This document shows positions 1 to 10,914 of a DNA stretch of 64,000 nt, one piece after another. Below the pieces are notes generated by a model that ran no database searches, had not been told where the DNA came from, and saw nothing but the letters and a program-made list of their open reading frames with translations. Origin of the DNA: a virus (lineage: Duplodnaviria; Caudoviricetes). The DNA is taken from the IMG/VR virus record IMGVR_UViG_3300032330_001692, positions 1 through 64,000 of that record, one strand, 5' to 3'. Position numbers and translations under genes: made by a program. Every line of letters starts with the position of its first letter. Within the stretch, counting starts at the first letter, position 1.

Positions 1-892
1 CTAGAGTGGTACCGCAAATATACGCAGAATTATCTGAAGCACTTAAATAAAATCCGGTTACAACGGTTTCACCCGGCCCTCCAATGTATAAACGATCGTA
101 GTACGCAGCAGTGGCTACATCCCAAGCCGTAGTTAAACGATATTCGTTTATGTCGTCACCAGTATTACCTACTACATACATTCTGGTTCCAGCAGAATTA
201 AATCCTAAACCACTAGGGTTACTTTCTTGATTGGCTACTGAAAATTGTTTTGTGTAAGTTGTAGTTGATACGTCATATGCAGTTGACACAGAGTATTGAT
301 ATACTGCGTCATTAGTAGATCCTAGCATATAGAACTGAGTGCCATCTGAGTTGAAACGTATAGCTACGGGACCGGTTTCTGCCACAGGTAGACCAGCATC
401 TGCAGCAGCAAAACGTCTAGAACCGCTCAATAATGTAGCCGTAGTTACGTCCCAAGGTGTAGACAAGCTATATTGATATACTCTATCTTCGCCGGCGGCG
501 CTACCCACAGTGGCATTTGCCACAGCATTAGTACCACAAACGAACATCTTGGTACCGTCTGGTTTAAAAAATAGCCCAGAGCATGCGGTATCTACAGAAG
601 TTGTGGACAGAAAAGTACCTGTACCAGCAGAGCTCAACAGCCACGGAGTGCTTAAAGTATATTGGTATACAGAGCTGGTCCTTACTACAAATAATTTAGT
701 ACCATCCGGCTTAAAAAATACATCATAAGGATCTGTGGCTACTGACACTGACGCATCCGGCGTCCAAGCAGCTACCGAGTCTGTTAACGCATCTTGATAC
801 TGTACAGGTACAGCCAAGTTAGTAAAATTGGCATCTAATTCCAAAATACTAAGCGGTGAGCCTTTGCCTGTACGGGTTACGATTGTTGCCAT
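1..892 (-). CDS. Tail fibre / receptor-binding protein with beta-propeller repeats (partial, runs off window start)
   Basis: ATG at 892 gives MATIVTRTGKGSPLSILELDANFTNL, a common phage fibre N-terminal motif. Repeats FFKPDGTK..YQYSLSTPWDV follow and the frame is open at position 1. Not in the supplied ORF track. Confidence 0.7.
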   Translation of the reverse strand, partial: MATIVTRTGKGSPLSILELDANFTNLAVPVQYQDALTDSVAAWTPDASVSVATDPYDVFFKPDGTKLFVVRTSSVYQYTLSTPWLLSSAGTGTFLSTTSVDTACSGLFFKPDGTKMFVCGTNAVANATVGSAAGEDRVYQYSLSTPWDVTTATLLSGSRRFAAADAGLPVAETGPVAIRFNSDGTQFYMLGSTNDAVYQYSVSTAYDVSTTTYTKQFSVANQESNPSGLGFNSAGTRMYVVGNTGDDINEYRLTTAWDVATAAYYDRLYIGGPGETVVTGFYLSASDNSAYICGTTL

Positions 893-900
893 AAAAATCC

Positions 901-1119
901 TTAAAAAATCTCTGCACCTGCAAAATAACCATATACCACATAGTCTGTTTCTACGGCTACTTGTTTACCTAAAAATAAGCCTTGTAAAATATTATCAACC
1001 GTATATTTGGAATTTATTGAAGTAGTTGCAGTATAATTAGTAGTGCCTGTAATACTGTTGACGACATAATTAGTAGTAGGAGTAATTGTGAGGATTAAGT
1101 TACCTTCTGATAAACTCAT
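901..1119 (-). CDS. Small virion/tail-associated protein
   Basis: 72-aa ORF coupled to the upstream gene in the tail module. Confidence 0.55.
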   Translation of the reverse strand: MSLSEGNLILTITPTTNYVVNSITGTTNYTATTSINSKYTVDNILQGLFLGKQVAVETDYVVYGYFAGAEIF

Positions 1120-1445
1120 GCTATGTCACCACGAATAACCAAACTTATCATGTCATATACAGTTTGACGAAGTCCTGTAGCAGAATAATACACTTCTACC
1201 TCTGCCTCATAATTACCAGCAGCCATTGCTAAATCGCCCTCTACCCAGTCAATATAAGCTACTCCTGTAGTAGGGGCTAATATTGTAGCTGTTTTTGTTA
1301 AACTTAAGGTGCTGGAACCAACTGCACGAATGTGCAAACGTACTGCAGCACCTGTTAGATCTAATACTTGGTCCGGGAGCAACGAGTCTTTTAAGGTTAA
1401 TTTTAACTGCGGAGCTGTATCACCTCTTACAAAATTAATAGCCAT
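1116..1445 (-). CDS. BppU-like (baseplate upper protein N-terminal) Ig-like adaptor
   Basis: GDT..L.L.L....DLTGA.V.L...G.YEAEVEV pattern; AGGAG RBS. Confidence 0.65.
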   Translation of the reverse strand: MAINFVRGDTAPQLKLTLKDSLLPDQVLDLTGAAVRLHIRAVGSSTLSLTKTATILAPTTGVAYIDWVEGDLAMAAGNYEAEVEVYYSATGLRQTVYDMISLVIRGDIA

Positions 1446-1490
1446 AACGGCTCCTTTGAAAAATTTCTGGTATCTGGGTTACGTGCATGA

Positions 1491-1519
1491 ATTATACCAC
1501 AAAGGTATAACCCATGCAA
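1491..1519 (-). promoter_or_regulatory. Late sigma70-type promoter
   Basis: Minus strand TTGCAT-N17-TATAAT. Confidence 0.6.
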
Positions 1520-1539
1520 GTGTAAAATTTTTCTGATGG

Positions 1540-2499
1540 TTAGACTTCTTCTAACTCAATCTGAGAGCTGTACATGTCCAGTGTGTGATAACTGATGCCA
1601 GGTGTTTGCATCAGCTTTCCGTAGATTTGATGTGCACGTTCCATTTCGTAATCGTTTGTAGTAGAACCATTATCTGGAAACAAACTTACAAATAAAGGTT
1701 TTGAGATGCCGTTGCCTAAGAGCAACTTTGTCATTTGTATGCGATCTGTAGGCGATAAATAAGCTAAATCAAAACTCAACGAATTAAATCGTGGCCCACG
1801 TTGAGTCACTAAATCGCCTGACTCAGTTCGGTCGTGTGCACTTAAATCTTTTATGGTAGCAGTCATACCATATCCAGTATTGTAGACCGGAGTCCAATAT
1901 CTACCTATGATTAAGCGACTGGCTTCAATATATTTTCCCAAAGTAACTGCTGTACTACTGTAGTAATCAGTAATCTTAATTACAAGATATCTGGCGCTTA
2001 AAGCTTGTATGGTAGAACTAAGCCATATTCTGGCGTATGTGCCTCCACCATACGCGTATGTGTTAGGAGAACCAGTGCTTAAGCCCAGTGTATTCCAAGG
2101 ACAGCAGGTACTGGTTTGCGAAAAGTTAGTTACTTGAGTTCCACCAGTAATAATGGCTTCTCCTGATACAGACAAAGCTATATTAGTAGGTGCTACACTA
2201 TATCCAATTACTTGAATAGTAGCAAATGCACTATTCAAGTTGGTAAAAGGCAGTACCACAGAGTGTATGCTTTGTGTGCTGCCTAAGTCTACTTGAATAA
2301 GAGCGTCAATACTATAACCAGCAGTAGGATTACTATTGTTTGTGGAACCTGCTGTGGTAGTAGGAGTTCTCCAAACACTACCCTTTGCGTCTTTTTGCAA
2401 ATTGCCAACCGGAGTACCAACAGGTGTGTTAGTGGGAGCAGTCAAAGTTGCAGAATCTGCCAAGTTCTGGTAGATGATGCGTAAGTTATTTAATGCCAT
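1540..2499 (-). CDS. Distal-tail/structural tail protein
   Basis: MALNNLRIIYQNLAD N-terminus and YIEASRLIIG..W.P.YN..YG / RTESGDL C-terminal motifs typical of siphophage tail-tip proteins. Confidence 0.55.
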   Translation of the reverse strand: MALNNLRIIYQNLADSATLTAPTNTPVGTPVGNLQKDAKGSVWRTPTTTAGSTNNSNPTAGYSIDALIQVDLGSTQSIHSVVLPFTNLNSAFATIQVIGYSVAPTNIALSVSGEAIITGGTQVTNFSQTSTCCPWNTLGLSTGSPNTYAYGGGTYARIWLSSTIQALSARYLVIKITDYYSSTAVTLGKYIEASRLIIGRYWTPVYNTGYGMTATIKDLSAHDRTESGDLVTQRGPRFNSLSFDLAYLSPTDRIQMTKLLLGNGISKPLFVSLFPDNGSTTNDYEMERAHQIYGKLMQTPGISYHTLDMYSSQIELEEV

Positions 2500-2507
2500 A
2501 GAATCCT

Positions 2508-3029
2508 TTAAGGCCAGGTGTACGCATAAAATTCAGTAACCGCAGTTAATGTAGCATTACCACTAACTAGTTTTACCGGCTCATGTTCTTGTAAAGTTGT
2601 AGTGTTAACTGTAGCTGTACCTTGAATAACAAACACAGTTTGGTTGACTTGTAGGTTGCAAGTTTCACCAACTTGCAATTTAATTACGTCAACATCTTCA
2701 CAGCCACGTTGATCAGTCCACAAACAACACCAATAATCTGTAGGAGAATCAAATACTCGTTTATAAATACCTGGATCCATTAAAAATTTATCATGACGAC
2801 TAATCCAACCGTGTTCCAAGTCAGGTAAAGAGCCGTTTATTTCTTTGGAAGTTCCATTTAAATGTAAATGTACTCCTTCTAAGTCCGAGTACCTGCACTG
2901 TTCTAGTACTCTTGTAGCTACCCATTCTCCTGGTTTGAACTTGGTACGCACAATGTATAGTCCATCAATTTTAAATATTTGAGCAGGTTCCGTGGAGCCT
3001 TGTCCCATATGTTGGTGTCTAAGCATCAA
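2508..3029 (-). CDS. Hypothetical protein (tail module)
   Basis: 173-aa ORF, translationally coupled. Confidence 0.55.
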   Translation of the reverse strand: MMLRHQHMGQGSTEPAQIFKIDGLYIVRTKFKPGEWVATRVLEQCRYSDLEGVHLHLNGTSKEINGSLPDLEHGWISRHDKFLMDPGIYKRVFDSPTDYWCCLWTDQRGCEDVDVIKLQVGETCNLQVNQTVFVIQGTATVNTTTLQEHEPVKLVSGNATLTAVTEFYAYTWP

Positions 3030-3421
3030 ATAGCCTTTGGAGTTAGATTGTTAGTAATAGCAGCAGGAACAGTATCTTTTGGATACTGATCTTTTATGAG
3101 TTTTATAGTAGTATAAAATTCATTGTCTTTTGGTAATTTGCCTGAATCCATTGCTTTCCAGATCAGCTCTAATTGGTCTAAAGCACTTGGATACAAGCTA
3201 CGACGTTTATCTGCATAAGAAAGGGGGCGAGGCCCTCGTTTAGGCCTGCCTCCTCGTACTACTTCTTTGGTTTTAGGGTCTACTGAATCATTATTAAGAT
3301 CTACTCGCCCTTCCAAGATATACTCTCCTGGAGCATTTACCTGCAACTCAAAATCTTCATCAGGTACTTGTCCGCTGCGAACAATTTCTCCCTGAGAATT
3401 ATAAATAATAAAATGTTTCAT
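3026..3421 (-). CDS. Tail fibre assembly/chaperone-like protein
   Basis: Directly follows the large fibre gene; RRSLYPS..DQL..IW motif. Confidence 0.55.
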   Translation of the reverse strand: MKHFIIYNSQGEIVRSGQVPDEDFELQVNAPGEYILEGRVDLNNDSVDPKTKEVVRGGRPKRGPRPLSYADKRRSLYPSALDQLELIWKAMDSGKLPKDNEFYTTIKLIKDQYPKDTVPAAITNNLTPKAI

Positions 3422-6400
3422 CTTTTTAATATTAAGACTGAAAGTCTTGCTGTTCCTTGAAAATATGACCTTTTTAGTTTAAAGGTATGAGTGCCTTGAG
3501 CAGGTGATAAAATAATAGCATTACATGGAGTACCATTATCTGTTAAACTCTCTAATAACGGACCTGTAACATATCCAGTTACACCACCACTGCTGTCTTT
3601 ACCAGTTCCTGAACTACTAGTAAATGCTACAGCAGTAGGCGGACCTAAATAATAATCTATTAGTATTGCAGAAGCACCTGCAGGTACTGTTACGGTTAAG
3701 GTAACTGTAGCTTTAGTTATTTGAGCAGCAGTATAAGCCTGTACTATAACTCCATCATATGCATCAGTAGCTTGGGAATAGCCAGTGGCTGCTGTACTTG
3801 CTGCCCCTCCCACAATTTGATCTGTGTTTACTATTGCGCTAGATAAAGTACCTGAAAAACTAGCTGAACCATTTTCAATTGAAAATCCTGGAGCGTAAAC
3901 GTTACCCTCACCAGTTATTTGAAAATACTTAGCATTAGTTCCATTTGCTGTGCCAAATAATAATCCACTAGCCCCTAAATAAAACCCGGTACCTCCTGCT
4001 GCAGGCCAAGCATACGAACTAGTATAACTACCGCCATATACTGCTCCGGTAAAGTTGCCTGATGCAGCAGATAATGAGCCAGAAAAAATAGCCTCACCAG
4101 CATTACTAATACTAACGGTGGCTTTGCCGTTTTTGGTTGCCACAATTCCTGTACTACCGATATAAAAACCATTTTTACCAGTTACAGAGTCTAAAGCAGG
4201 CGTTCCCACAGTTATAGCAGTTGGTGCTGTTAAAGTGATCGGCCCAACCATAGTATCGGCTGCAGATTTACTTAACTTTGAGTCGGCTGCTGTTTTGGCG
4301 GCTGCAGCCGCAGTTTGAGCATTAAATACTTCAGTTACTTCTTCAAAAGAAAAATCTTGAATTTCCCACCAACCTGGTGATCCTGAATAATTATCCAAAA
4401 ACTCAGGCTGTACAAAATTTACTCCAGTTTGCCAGTCCTCGCTACTCCAAGTATAAGAGTACTCCAACCATTTGTAACTGCCGCCAGCAGCTGCCTCATG
4501 CGTTGCACGACTGACTCCTGAAGGTTTGTACGGACTGCGTCCATTATTATCTGGTCCAGTAGTGCCAACTGCATCTTTAAATTGACGCAAACTGAAGTAT
4601 AGAAGACCTGTGGTACTAGCTGAAGGTCTAGCCCAAAATCTGGTACGGTAAACTTTACTTCGATCAATAGGTACATATATACTCATATTTGGATAACCAG
4701 CACCGCCACCATATAATTTTAGTATTTGTGAACCTACTTTGCCGTCTGTTACTGTGGTTAATACTTGCTCGTTTAAACTCCACTGAGAAAAAGGCAAAGC
4801 CAAGCTTTTTCCACTTGTGGCATTTAAGTCTCCGTTGTAGCCTATTCCACGTATGGTTACTTGACCACCACCAGCTCCTGCAAGCGAACCATCTGCGTTT
4901 ATTTTTATGCCGCCGATGTTGGTTAATGGGCCAAATTGAACATTGGTTAAAGAACTTCCAGTTTGATAAAAACTAGAGTCAAAGAAAAGGCTTGTGGTAA
5001 TGTTCGTGGTTACCGGAGTACCAATTACTGTGCCATTCTTCAAATACCGTACTGCAACTCCGTCATAAGTAACAGCTAAAATATCCCCTTCAACGTACGT
5101 TCCAATTTCTGCGTAATAAGTACCACTTCTATAGTCATATAATTTTCCTCGACCCTCAAGGTACAAAGCATAATCAATAGAAACCCAAGTGCGGTTTGTT
5201 TCAGGATCTGAATTTAAACCAAACATTATATCAGTCTTATTACTAGTGGCCTTAACAACGGCGTATGCACCTCCAACAAATGAATCTTTGCTGTATACAT
5301 CTGAATTCCAGTCATCAACCTCATTTGTTTTGGTTAAAGTTTTACCGTTTACAGTAACACCTCTACCTACAAAAGTAGTAGTACTTTGAGCATTGGCTGT
5401 ATATTGAGCTGCATCTGATAATACTTTAGCTGCTCCACTTATTACGTCTAATAATGCTTGTCTTGCAGTGTATACATTTTTAAAATTAGTTCTAAAGGTT
5501 TCACCTACAATGGTGGTATTTCCGTATAAATTATTCCAAGCTGAAGGGCTGTTAAGTGTTGCTAAATAATCGGTTAAATCACTGATAGTTTTATTGTAAG
5601 CGGTATTTTGAGCGATAACATTGTAGTTAGCTGCTTGAGCGTTAATTCCTGCTTTTTCCGCAATGATTACTTCGTAGTCTTGAATGATCTGAGGTTTTTC
5701 ATCTGGTGTTAACAGTGAGTCAGAACTAATATCTGCTATAGCTTGTACAGCTGTGGCTGCGGAAGCCTTAGCCGCATCAGCGTTACTTGTAGCTGTATTA
5801 GCAACAACAGCTGCAGCATCGGCTGCTGATTGCGCTGCTGAAATACTAGGCTCTAAGTTAATGTTCATGATGTCTTGAGGCGACGGCGTCCAAGAACTAG
5901 GCTGTGTGCCCAGCTCTACTTTTGGGCAACAAATATCAATAACAGAACCACTGGGCAAAGGTGTAGCGGAACCTTGCTGTACCACAGAAATGTATAGTTC
6001 TCCTTTAGAAGTATTGGCATTACTTAAAGGCACTCCACGAAAAACATATCTCTGCCAAGAACTTGTTAATGCAGGATTTTCTAATTCTGCACCATTGGTG
6101 AATCCCATGTTGCTGTAAAATCCATACATGCTCTTGCCCAGTGCACCAGCGCTGGCTTTAGCCCAAAAACTGATACAGTAAGTTTGAAGAGGTTCCCAAG
6201 ATTTAACAGAGTCTGCTATACCAGATACTACAGCAATACCAAGTGTAGTAGGTGTAGCCGCTCCTGCAATAATACGTACGTAATTTTGTCCAAACATTCC
6301 ACCTGATTGAACTGATGTAGTAGCAGCTATACTGGAATTGTTATATAAAAACCAGTTAGTAGGTAAAACATTATTGTGACGTAAAAAGCCGCTGTTGCCT

Positions 6401-8760
6401 ACTAAGTTTACCCCACCTGGACGTGCTGAGTCATTGTTTACAATTGTACCGCTGCCTGTACCAATACCTTCCAGTGCCCCTGTAGTGGCATTGATGGTAA
6501 CACCACCTACTTTGAAAGTGGTACCACTATAGGTAAGTTTATCACCAATAGAAAATTGATTCGTAGTTCCGTTAAACCCTATAAAAAATCCACCAGCTTC
6601 TCCGAAATCTTTACCGTAAGTTCTGATATTACCCTGTTCTGCAACGGTTAAATTGCCTACATTGGCTGTGATAGCACTTAGAGTACCTACTTTTAAATTG
6701 CTTAAGTAAGGGTTGCCCCAAGCAGTAATATTGCTACTTTTGCTGTAAATACCGTCTACTTGATACATGTATTCGCCAGCATTCAGATTGCTGGTAGCTG
6801 AAAAACTCCATGTACCTGCATCACTTGTGGGTACTACATCACCCTTAACCGCAGTAACTGCTCCAGGAGCTGTTCCACTAGTAGTTACCAAGTAAGCTGT
6901 ACGCGCAGAGTCTCCTTGAGCACCAACGGTTCCATCTTCGCGATAACCTATGCTGTTTCTGGAAGCAGCACTCCAGTTGAATGCTGTAGAAGTTGCAGAA
7001 GCATCTGCAGTTACTGTAACTGTTATTTGATAAAGAACATATCCGGTTGGACCCGGTGCAGCTCCCGCTGAGCTAGACCAACCAGTAGGATATTTGTCTA
7101 TACTATTATTAGTCCAGTCAAGTATAGCATCTTGACTGTAACTAGTAGGTACAATTGTTGACCATAAAAACGCACTAACCGGCAAGGCTTTCGTACCATT
7201 AACACCTGGAGTACCATCTGTGCCATTTTGAGCTACAATAACAGGAGTAGTCCAATTACTGTTGTCTTGTGAGTCTGCTGGTGCAACAACACTAAAAGCA
7301 CATGTTGTCATCCAAGTAGGAATAGTAGTGCTATTAGGTTTAGTTCTAGACCAATTACCTAAGCTACCATCACTTAATATACTAACTGTATCACTGCTAA
7401 AAGTATAGCGAGTTTTTGTGGGCAGTGCAGGAGCAGTGGCATTTTGCCAGTATAGTTCTACTCGATTTGCGCTAGTTCCCCCGATACCTGCGGCCCCTAC
7501 TGCATACGAAGTATTTGTAGCAGGCCAAGTACCAACAGTGGTATTACTAGTAGTGGTATTAACAATAAGAATTCTTGTAGCCCACAAAGTACTACCTGCT
7601 ATTGCTGCACCTGGTAATAAACTCCAACCATTAGCTATAACAGGGAGACCGAATTCTCCAGTACTCCAAGTATAGGTTGAAGTTCCTTCGGGAAAAGTAG
7701 TATTAGGAGAACTATTTGAGGGCTGACTGGTTGACCACTTGTAAACTTCTAAAACACCCGTTCTGGAACCGTTCGTGCCTGCTGATGAAATTGGTATGGC
7801 TGTACGGGTAGTCCATATCACGTCACTTGTTGAACTACTGCCTGTGTCTACATATACTTGACGAGCAAGGTATAGAGTTTGACCAGCTACAGGAGTACCT
7901 GGTGTTGGGACCCAAGAATTGTAAACAAAGGTAGGAGTTGTTTTTGCAGCAAATTGAGCTGTAGCCCACGTATAAACAGAAGTACCTGTGGGCCAAGCAC
8001 TGGCTGTATTAACATTAGGAGCAGTGGCTGACCATTTGTATAAGTCTAAAATGGCTGTTCTGGTTCCTGCTGTACCTGTTACTGTATCGATACGTACGTT
8101 CTGCCAAGTAGCTGCAGTTACTGTTTGGCTACTTGTACCTGTGAAGTTATACTCACAAGCCCAAGTCGGCGTTGTACTGGTAGCAGGCTGAGTAGCTTTC
8201 CACCAATTATCAGCAGTTGTACCCGAGGGGGCGGCTGGAGGTGTTAAAACACTGTTAGTAAAATTGAAAGTACCGCCTGTGGGCGCTGCTGGTGGGGTGC
8301 CTGCAGGATAATTAGCGCTTTGCAAGTATAAACTTGCAGTAAAAGTAGAGCTACCAGGAGAGGCTTGCAGTTTGATAAACGTAACATAGCCACTTATTTC
8401 ATCTATATCAGTTATACTAGCAGATACCCTTAAACTACTTAATCCAGCAGTATTAAATTCTGCTGGACGAATATAAACCACAGAGGTATCTGACGTACCA
8501 GAATCTGTAGTTATCTCAGCATTGTTTGCATCATATAATTTTACTCCACTATTGCTAGTAGACCATTTTACAGGAGCCACAGTGTTGAACTTGATAGCTG
8601 TAATCTCTAAAGTTTGATTTGGTATTAAAGTACCGGTACTGTCGTAGTTAACCACAGCCGTAGGCGATGTAACAGTCACAGATTTTTGATTGGAAACGGT
8701 TCTTATTGTAGTAGTAGAACCGTTCAACTGAGTATTACGTGAATTTTTTAAGTCTGCCAT
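3418..8760 (-). CDS. Large central tail fibre / host-specificity protein (1780 aa)
   Basis: T/W-rich repeated modules with GxxG linkers, LKVGTLSAITAN motif, CBM-like domain (NL..NSGF...KVELG..PS.W.P.P.D), coiled coil, lectin-like domain. Confidence 0.75.
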   Translation of the reverse strand: MADLKNSRNTQLNGSTTTIRTVSNQKSVTVTSPTAVVNYDSTGTLIPNQTLEITAIKFNTVAPVKWSTSNSGVKLYDANNAEITTDSGTSDTSVVYIRPAEFNTAGLSSLRVSASITDIDEISGYVTFIKLQASPGSSTFTASLYLQSANYPAGTPPAAPTGGTFNFTNSVLTPPAAPSGTTADNWWKATQPATSTTPTWACEYNFTGTSSQTVTAATWQNVRIDTVTGTAGTRTAILDLYKWSATAPNVNTASAWPTGTSVYTWATAQFAAKTTPTFVYNSWVPTPGTPVAGQTLYLARQVYVDTGSSSTSDVIWTTRTAIPISSAGTNGSRTGVLEVYKWSTSQPSNSSPNTTFPEGTSTYTWSTGEFGLPVIANGWSLLPGAAIAGSTLWATRILIVNTTTSNTTVGTWPATNTSYAVGAAGIGGTSANRVELYWQNATAPALPTKTRYTFSSDTVSILSDGSLGNWSRTKPNSTTIPTWMTTCAFSVVAPADSQDNSNWTTPVIVAQNGTDGTPGVNGTKALPVSAFLWSTIVPTSYSQDAILDWTNNSIDKYPTGWSSSAGAAPGPTGYVLYQITVTVTADASATSTAFNWSAASRNSIGYREDGTVGAQGDSARTAYLVTTSGTAPGAVTAVKGDVVPTSDAGTWSFSATSNLNAGEYMYQVDGIYSKSSNITAWGNPYLSNLKVGTLSAITANVGNLTVAEQGNIRTYGKDFGEAGGFFIGFNGTTNQFSIGDKLTYSGTTFKVGGVTINATTGALEGIGTGSGTIVNNDSARPGGVNLVGNSGFLRHNNVLPTNWFLYNNSSIAATTSVQSGGMFGQNYVRIIAGAATPTTLGIAVVSGIADSVKSWEPLQTYCISFWAKASAGALGKSMYGFYSNMGFTNGAELENPALTSSWQRYVFRGVPLSNANTSKGELYISVVQQGSATPLPSGSVIDICCPKVELGTQPSSWTPSPQDIMNINLEPSISAAQSAADAAAVVANTATSNADAAKASAATAVQAIADISSDSLLTPDEKPQIIQDYEVIIAEKAGINAQAANYNVIAQNTAYNKTISDLTDYLATLNSPSAWNNLYGNTTIVGETFRTNFKNVYTARQALLDVISGAAKVLSDAAQYTANAQSTTTFVGRGVTVNGKTLTKTNEVDDWNSDVYSKDSFVGGAYAVVKATSNKTDIMFGLNSDPETNRTWVSIDYALYLEGRGKLYDYRSGTYYAEIGTYVEGDILAVTYDGVAVRYLKNGTVIGTPVTTNITTSLFFDSSFYQTGSSLTNVQFGPLTNIGGIKINADGSLAGAGGGQVTIRGIGYNGDLNATSGKSLALPFSQWSLNEQVLTTVTDGKVGSQILKLYGGGAGYPNMSIYVPIDRSKVYRTRFWARPSASTTGLLYFSLRQFKDAVGTTGPDNNGRSPYKPSGVSRATHEAAAGGSYKWLEYSYTWSSEDWQTGVNFVQPEFLDNYSGSPGWWEIQDFSFEEVTEVFNAQTAAAAAKTAADSKLSKSAADTMVGPITLTAPTAITVGTPALDSVTGKNGFYIGSTGIVATKNGKATVSISNAGEAIFSGSLSAASGNFTGAVYGGSYTSSYAWPAAGGTGFYLGASGLLFGTANGTNAKYFQITGEGNVYAPGFSIENGSASFSGTLSSAIVNTDQIVGGAASTAATGYSQATDAYDGVIVQAYTAAQITKATVTLTVTVPAGASAILIDYYLGPPTAVAFTSSSGTGKDSSGGVTGYVTGPLLESLTDNGTPCNAIILSPAQGTHTFKLKRSYFQGTARLSVLILKR

Positions 8761-10868
8761 TAAATTAATACCTCTACTTCTACAGACCCTGTGGTCCAGT
8801 TGGGTGATAGTGAAACCACTTGGCCACTGCGGCCAGCACTTAGATTAAATCTTGAATGTGTTAAGGTAACTGCTTGGCCCAGCTGTAAACCCAACAGTTT
8901 TGGTGTACCTGTAAACTTGTATACTGTATGTTGTGTTTTATAGTAGTCTAGTCTATCTTGACACTCTGCTTCAGCTTCTGTGGAGTCTGTTAACTGAGTG
9001 TCTACTTGAGCTACTTCTGTGCTTAAACTGTATAGCCCTGCTGTGGCTTCGTCAATTTTTGTAACACTCAACCATTCTTCTGCAAAACTGTCTTTGTGAG
9101 TTTCAGGTATTGATGTTGTTAAATTATTTTGCACAGTATAATTTCTTGCATAACCTAGTTTAAAAGCTGCTTGTAATCCTGGACGAGAACTAATTGTAAG
9201 CGAGTTATATTTAATATCTTGTTCTGTGATTGCGGTAACCTGAACTGAGTTACTATCCGTGTATGGTACACCATATTCTAATAATTGCAATAACCCTGCT
9301 CGTGTAATAAATAACTGTGCCCACACACTACCTGCTAGAGCTCTGCAAAGAGTTAGTACATTTTGAGTATCTGCTACTACTGCACTTACAGCTTGTGGAT
9401 TCGCAGTATTAAAAGCGTTTAAATTTGTATAGTCTAGTTCGGATCTCAGTAGTCTAGCACTTGCTCTGGCTGCTGTTTTTACTTTTCCGTATTGAGTTAC
9501 TATGGTAGCAATTAAATCAGCAACAGTATTTACATACTTAAAAGGAAAATACTTAAATGAACTAACTGAAACATTGGACAGTTGTAGACTTAATTGTCCG
9601 TATAAAGCCATATTAGGTGATGCAGTTGTTTCATATACAGCAGTATCATCTACATACCAAGTTACTTTGTAGCCGTTATATTTAATTGCCAGTGTACTGG
9701 TAGTAGATAACCCTGACGAAATGCTCAAAACCAATACGCTGTTTAGGTATACTTGTAGAATTGTACCAGTGTCCATGAACGCATAGTTCATATTAGTGTA
9801 AGTTTGATAAGTGCTTGAGCTTAGTGTTAAACCAATAATACTTGGTACTTGACCAGTTGTCACTGGAGGTCCTGGTAAGGTGTACTGGGACCTTGTTATT
9901 TCTACACTAGCTCCGCCTGTGTATAGTGCAGTTGTACACCCACTTGCAGAATTCCAAGCATTATCTGCGGCGGTTTTAGTTATTACATTGCCTGTTTTAC
10001 TGTAGCTGGGGTGTAAGTCTAAATCAGGAGTATCATTTCCTGCAGCTAAATCCACAGAACTATGAATTCCCTGCACTGAGCAAGTTATTACACCTTTGGG
10101 TAGGGTATACAACACAAAAGTGCCAGATTCCAAATCCACGGTGATCTGAGAATTTGTAATTGTATCGTTGTAGATGGGCACACCATTATCACGAATTTCA
10201 ATCAACTGTTCTGAAACTCCGTTGTTGAACTGGTATCTGGGCCGATAATTTGAACCGTAGTTGGGATTTATTAAAAGAGGAGAAATATTAAAAACTTCTC
10301 CGAATATCAAAGGTTTAATAGAGTTTTCATTCTGCTGCCCCCCATAACCCCAATTTGCTACTACACCCAGTTTATCTTCAGTTACTGCAGTATTCAAACG
10401 CTCTAGCTTATCTCGTATTTTTAAGTTTAAGGAAATCCTTGATCTGCTGTCTACATCATCCGTTATACCGTTGAATATTGTTAAAAACTTAGTAGATAAA
10501 GCAGTACTAGTGCAAACCCAACGTGGGTCTCCGTAATAAATTTGCAGAGGCTTATTGCTCCAGATATATTTTGAGCTATCCAAGTATACATCCAGATCAC
10601 CATTTTGATTGTCCAGCTCAATATCGCCAAATGTCATGGCACCTACACCATCTGAACTCAAAGTTTCTGATAAGGTAACATTTCGTCTGATACGCGCATC
10701 AAAACTTATTAACCCATCACTGGTAACATATCCAGCATTACTGAAATAAAGGGTAGTAGTAGTGGCGGGAGTTGTGGTTAAGTTATAAACTTGTGCAACT
10801 ACTAAAACGATTTTAATAGAGTCTGGATCTTCTAACCAACTCTGGGAATACTGGGTGTATGTTGCCAT
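8760..10868 (-). CDS. Tail hub / tail-tip protein
   Basis: Directly downstream of the tape measure; G.IELDN.NG.LD, KPLIFGEVFNISP and LQLGQAVTLTHSRFNL motifs; start taken at MATYTQ. Confidence 0.6.
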   Translation of the reverse strand: MATYTQYSQSWLEDPDSIKIVLVVAQVYNLTTTPATTTTLYFSNAGYVTSDGLISFDARIRRNVTLSETLSSDGVGAMTFGDIELDNQNGDLDVYLDSSKYIWSNKPLQIYYGDPRWVCTSTALSTKFLTIFNGITDDVDSRSRISLNLKIRDKLERLNTAVTEDKLGVVANWGYGGQQNENSIKPLIFGEVFNISPLLINPNYGSNYRPRYQFNNGVSEQLIEIRDNGVPIYNDTITNSQITVDLESGTFVLYTLPKGVITCSVQGIHSSVDLAAGNDTPDLDLHPSYSKTGNVITKTAADNAWNSASGCTTALYTGGASVEITRSQYTLPGPPVTTGQVPSIIGLTLSSSTYQTYTNMNYAFMDTGTILQVYLNSVLVLSISSGLSTTSTLAIKYNGYKVTWYVDDTAVYETTASPNMALYGQLSLQLSNVSVSSFKYFPFKYVNTVADLIATIVTQYGKVKTAARASARLLRSELDYTNLNAFNTANPQAVSAVVADTQNVLTLCRALAGSVWAQLFITRAGLLQLLEYGVPYTDSNSVQVTAITEQDIKYNSLTISSRPGLQAAFKLGYARNYTVQNNLTTSIPETHKDSFAEEWLSVTKIDEATAGLYSLSTEVAQVDTQLTDSTEAEAECQDRLDYYKTQHTVYKFTGTPKLLGLQLGQAVTLTHSRFNLSAGRSGQVVSLSPNWTTGSVEVEVLI

Positions 10869-10914
10869 AACTCTCTCTCTTGAAAACACCCCCGTAAGGG
10901 GGTGTTTGGTTTAC

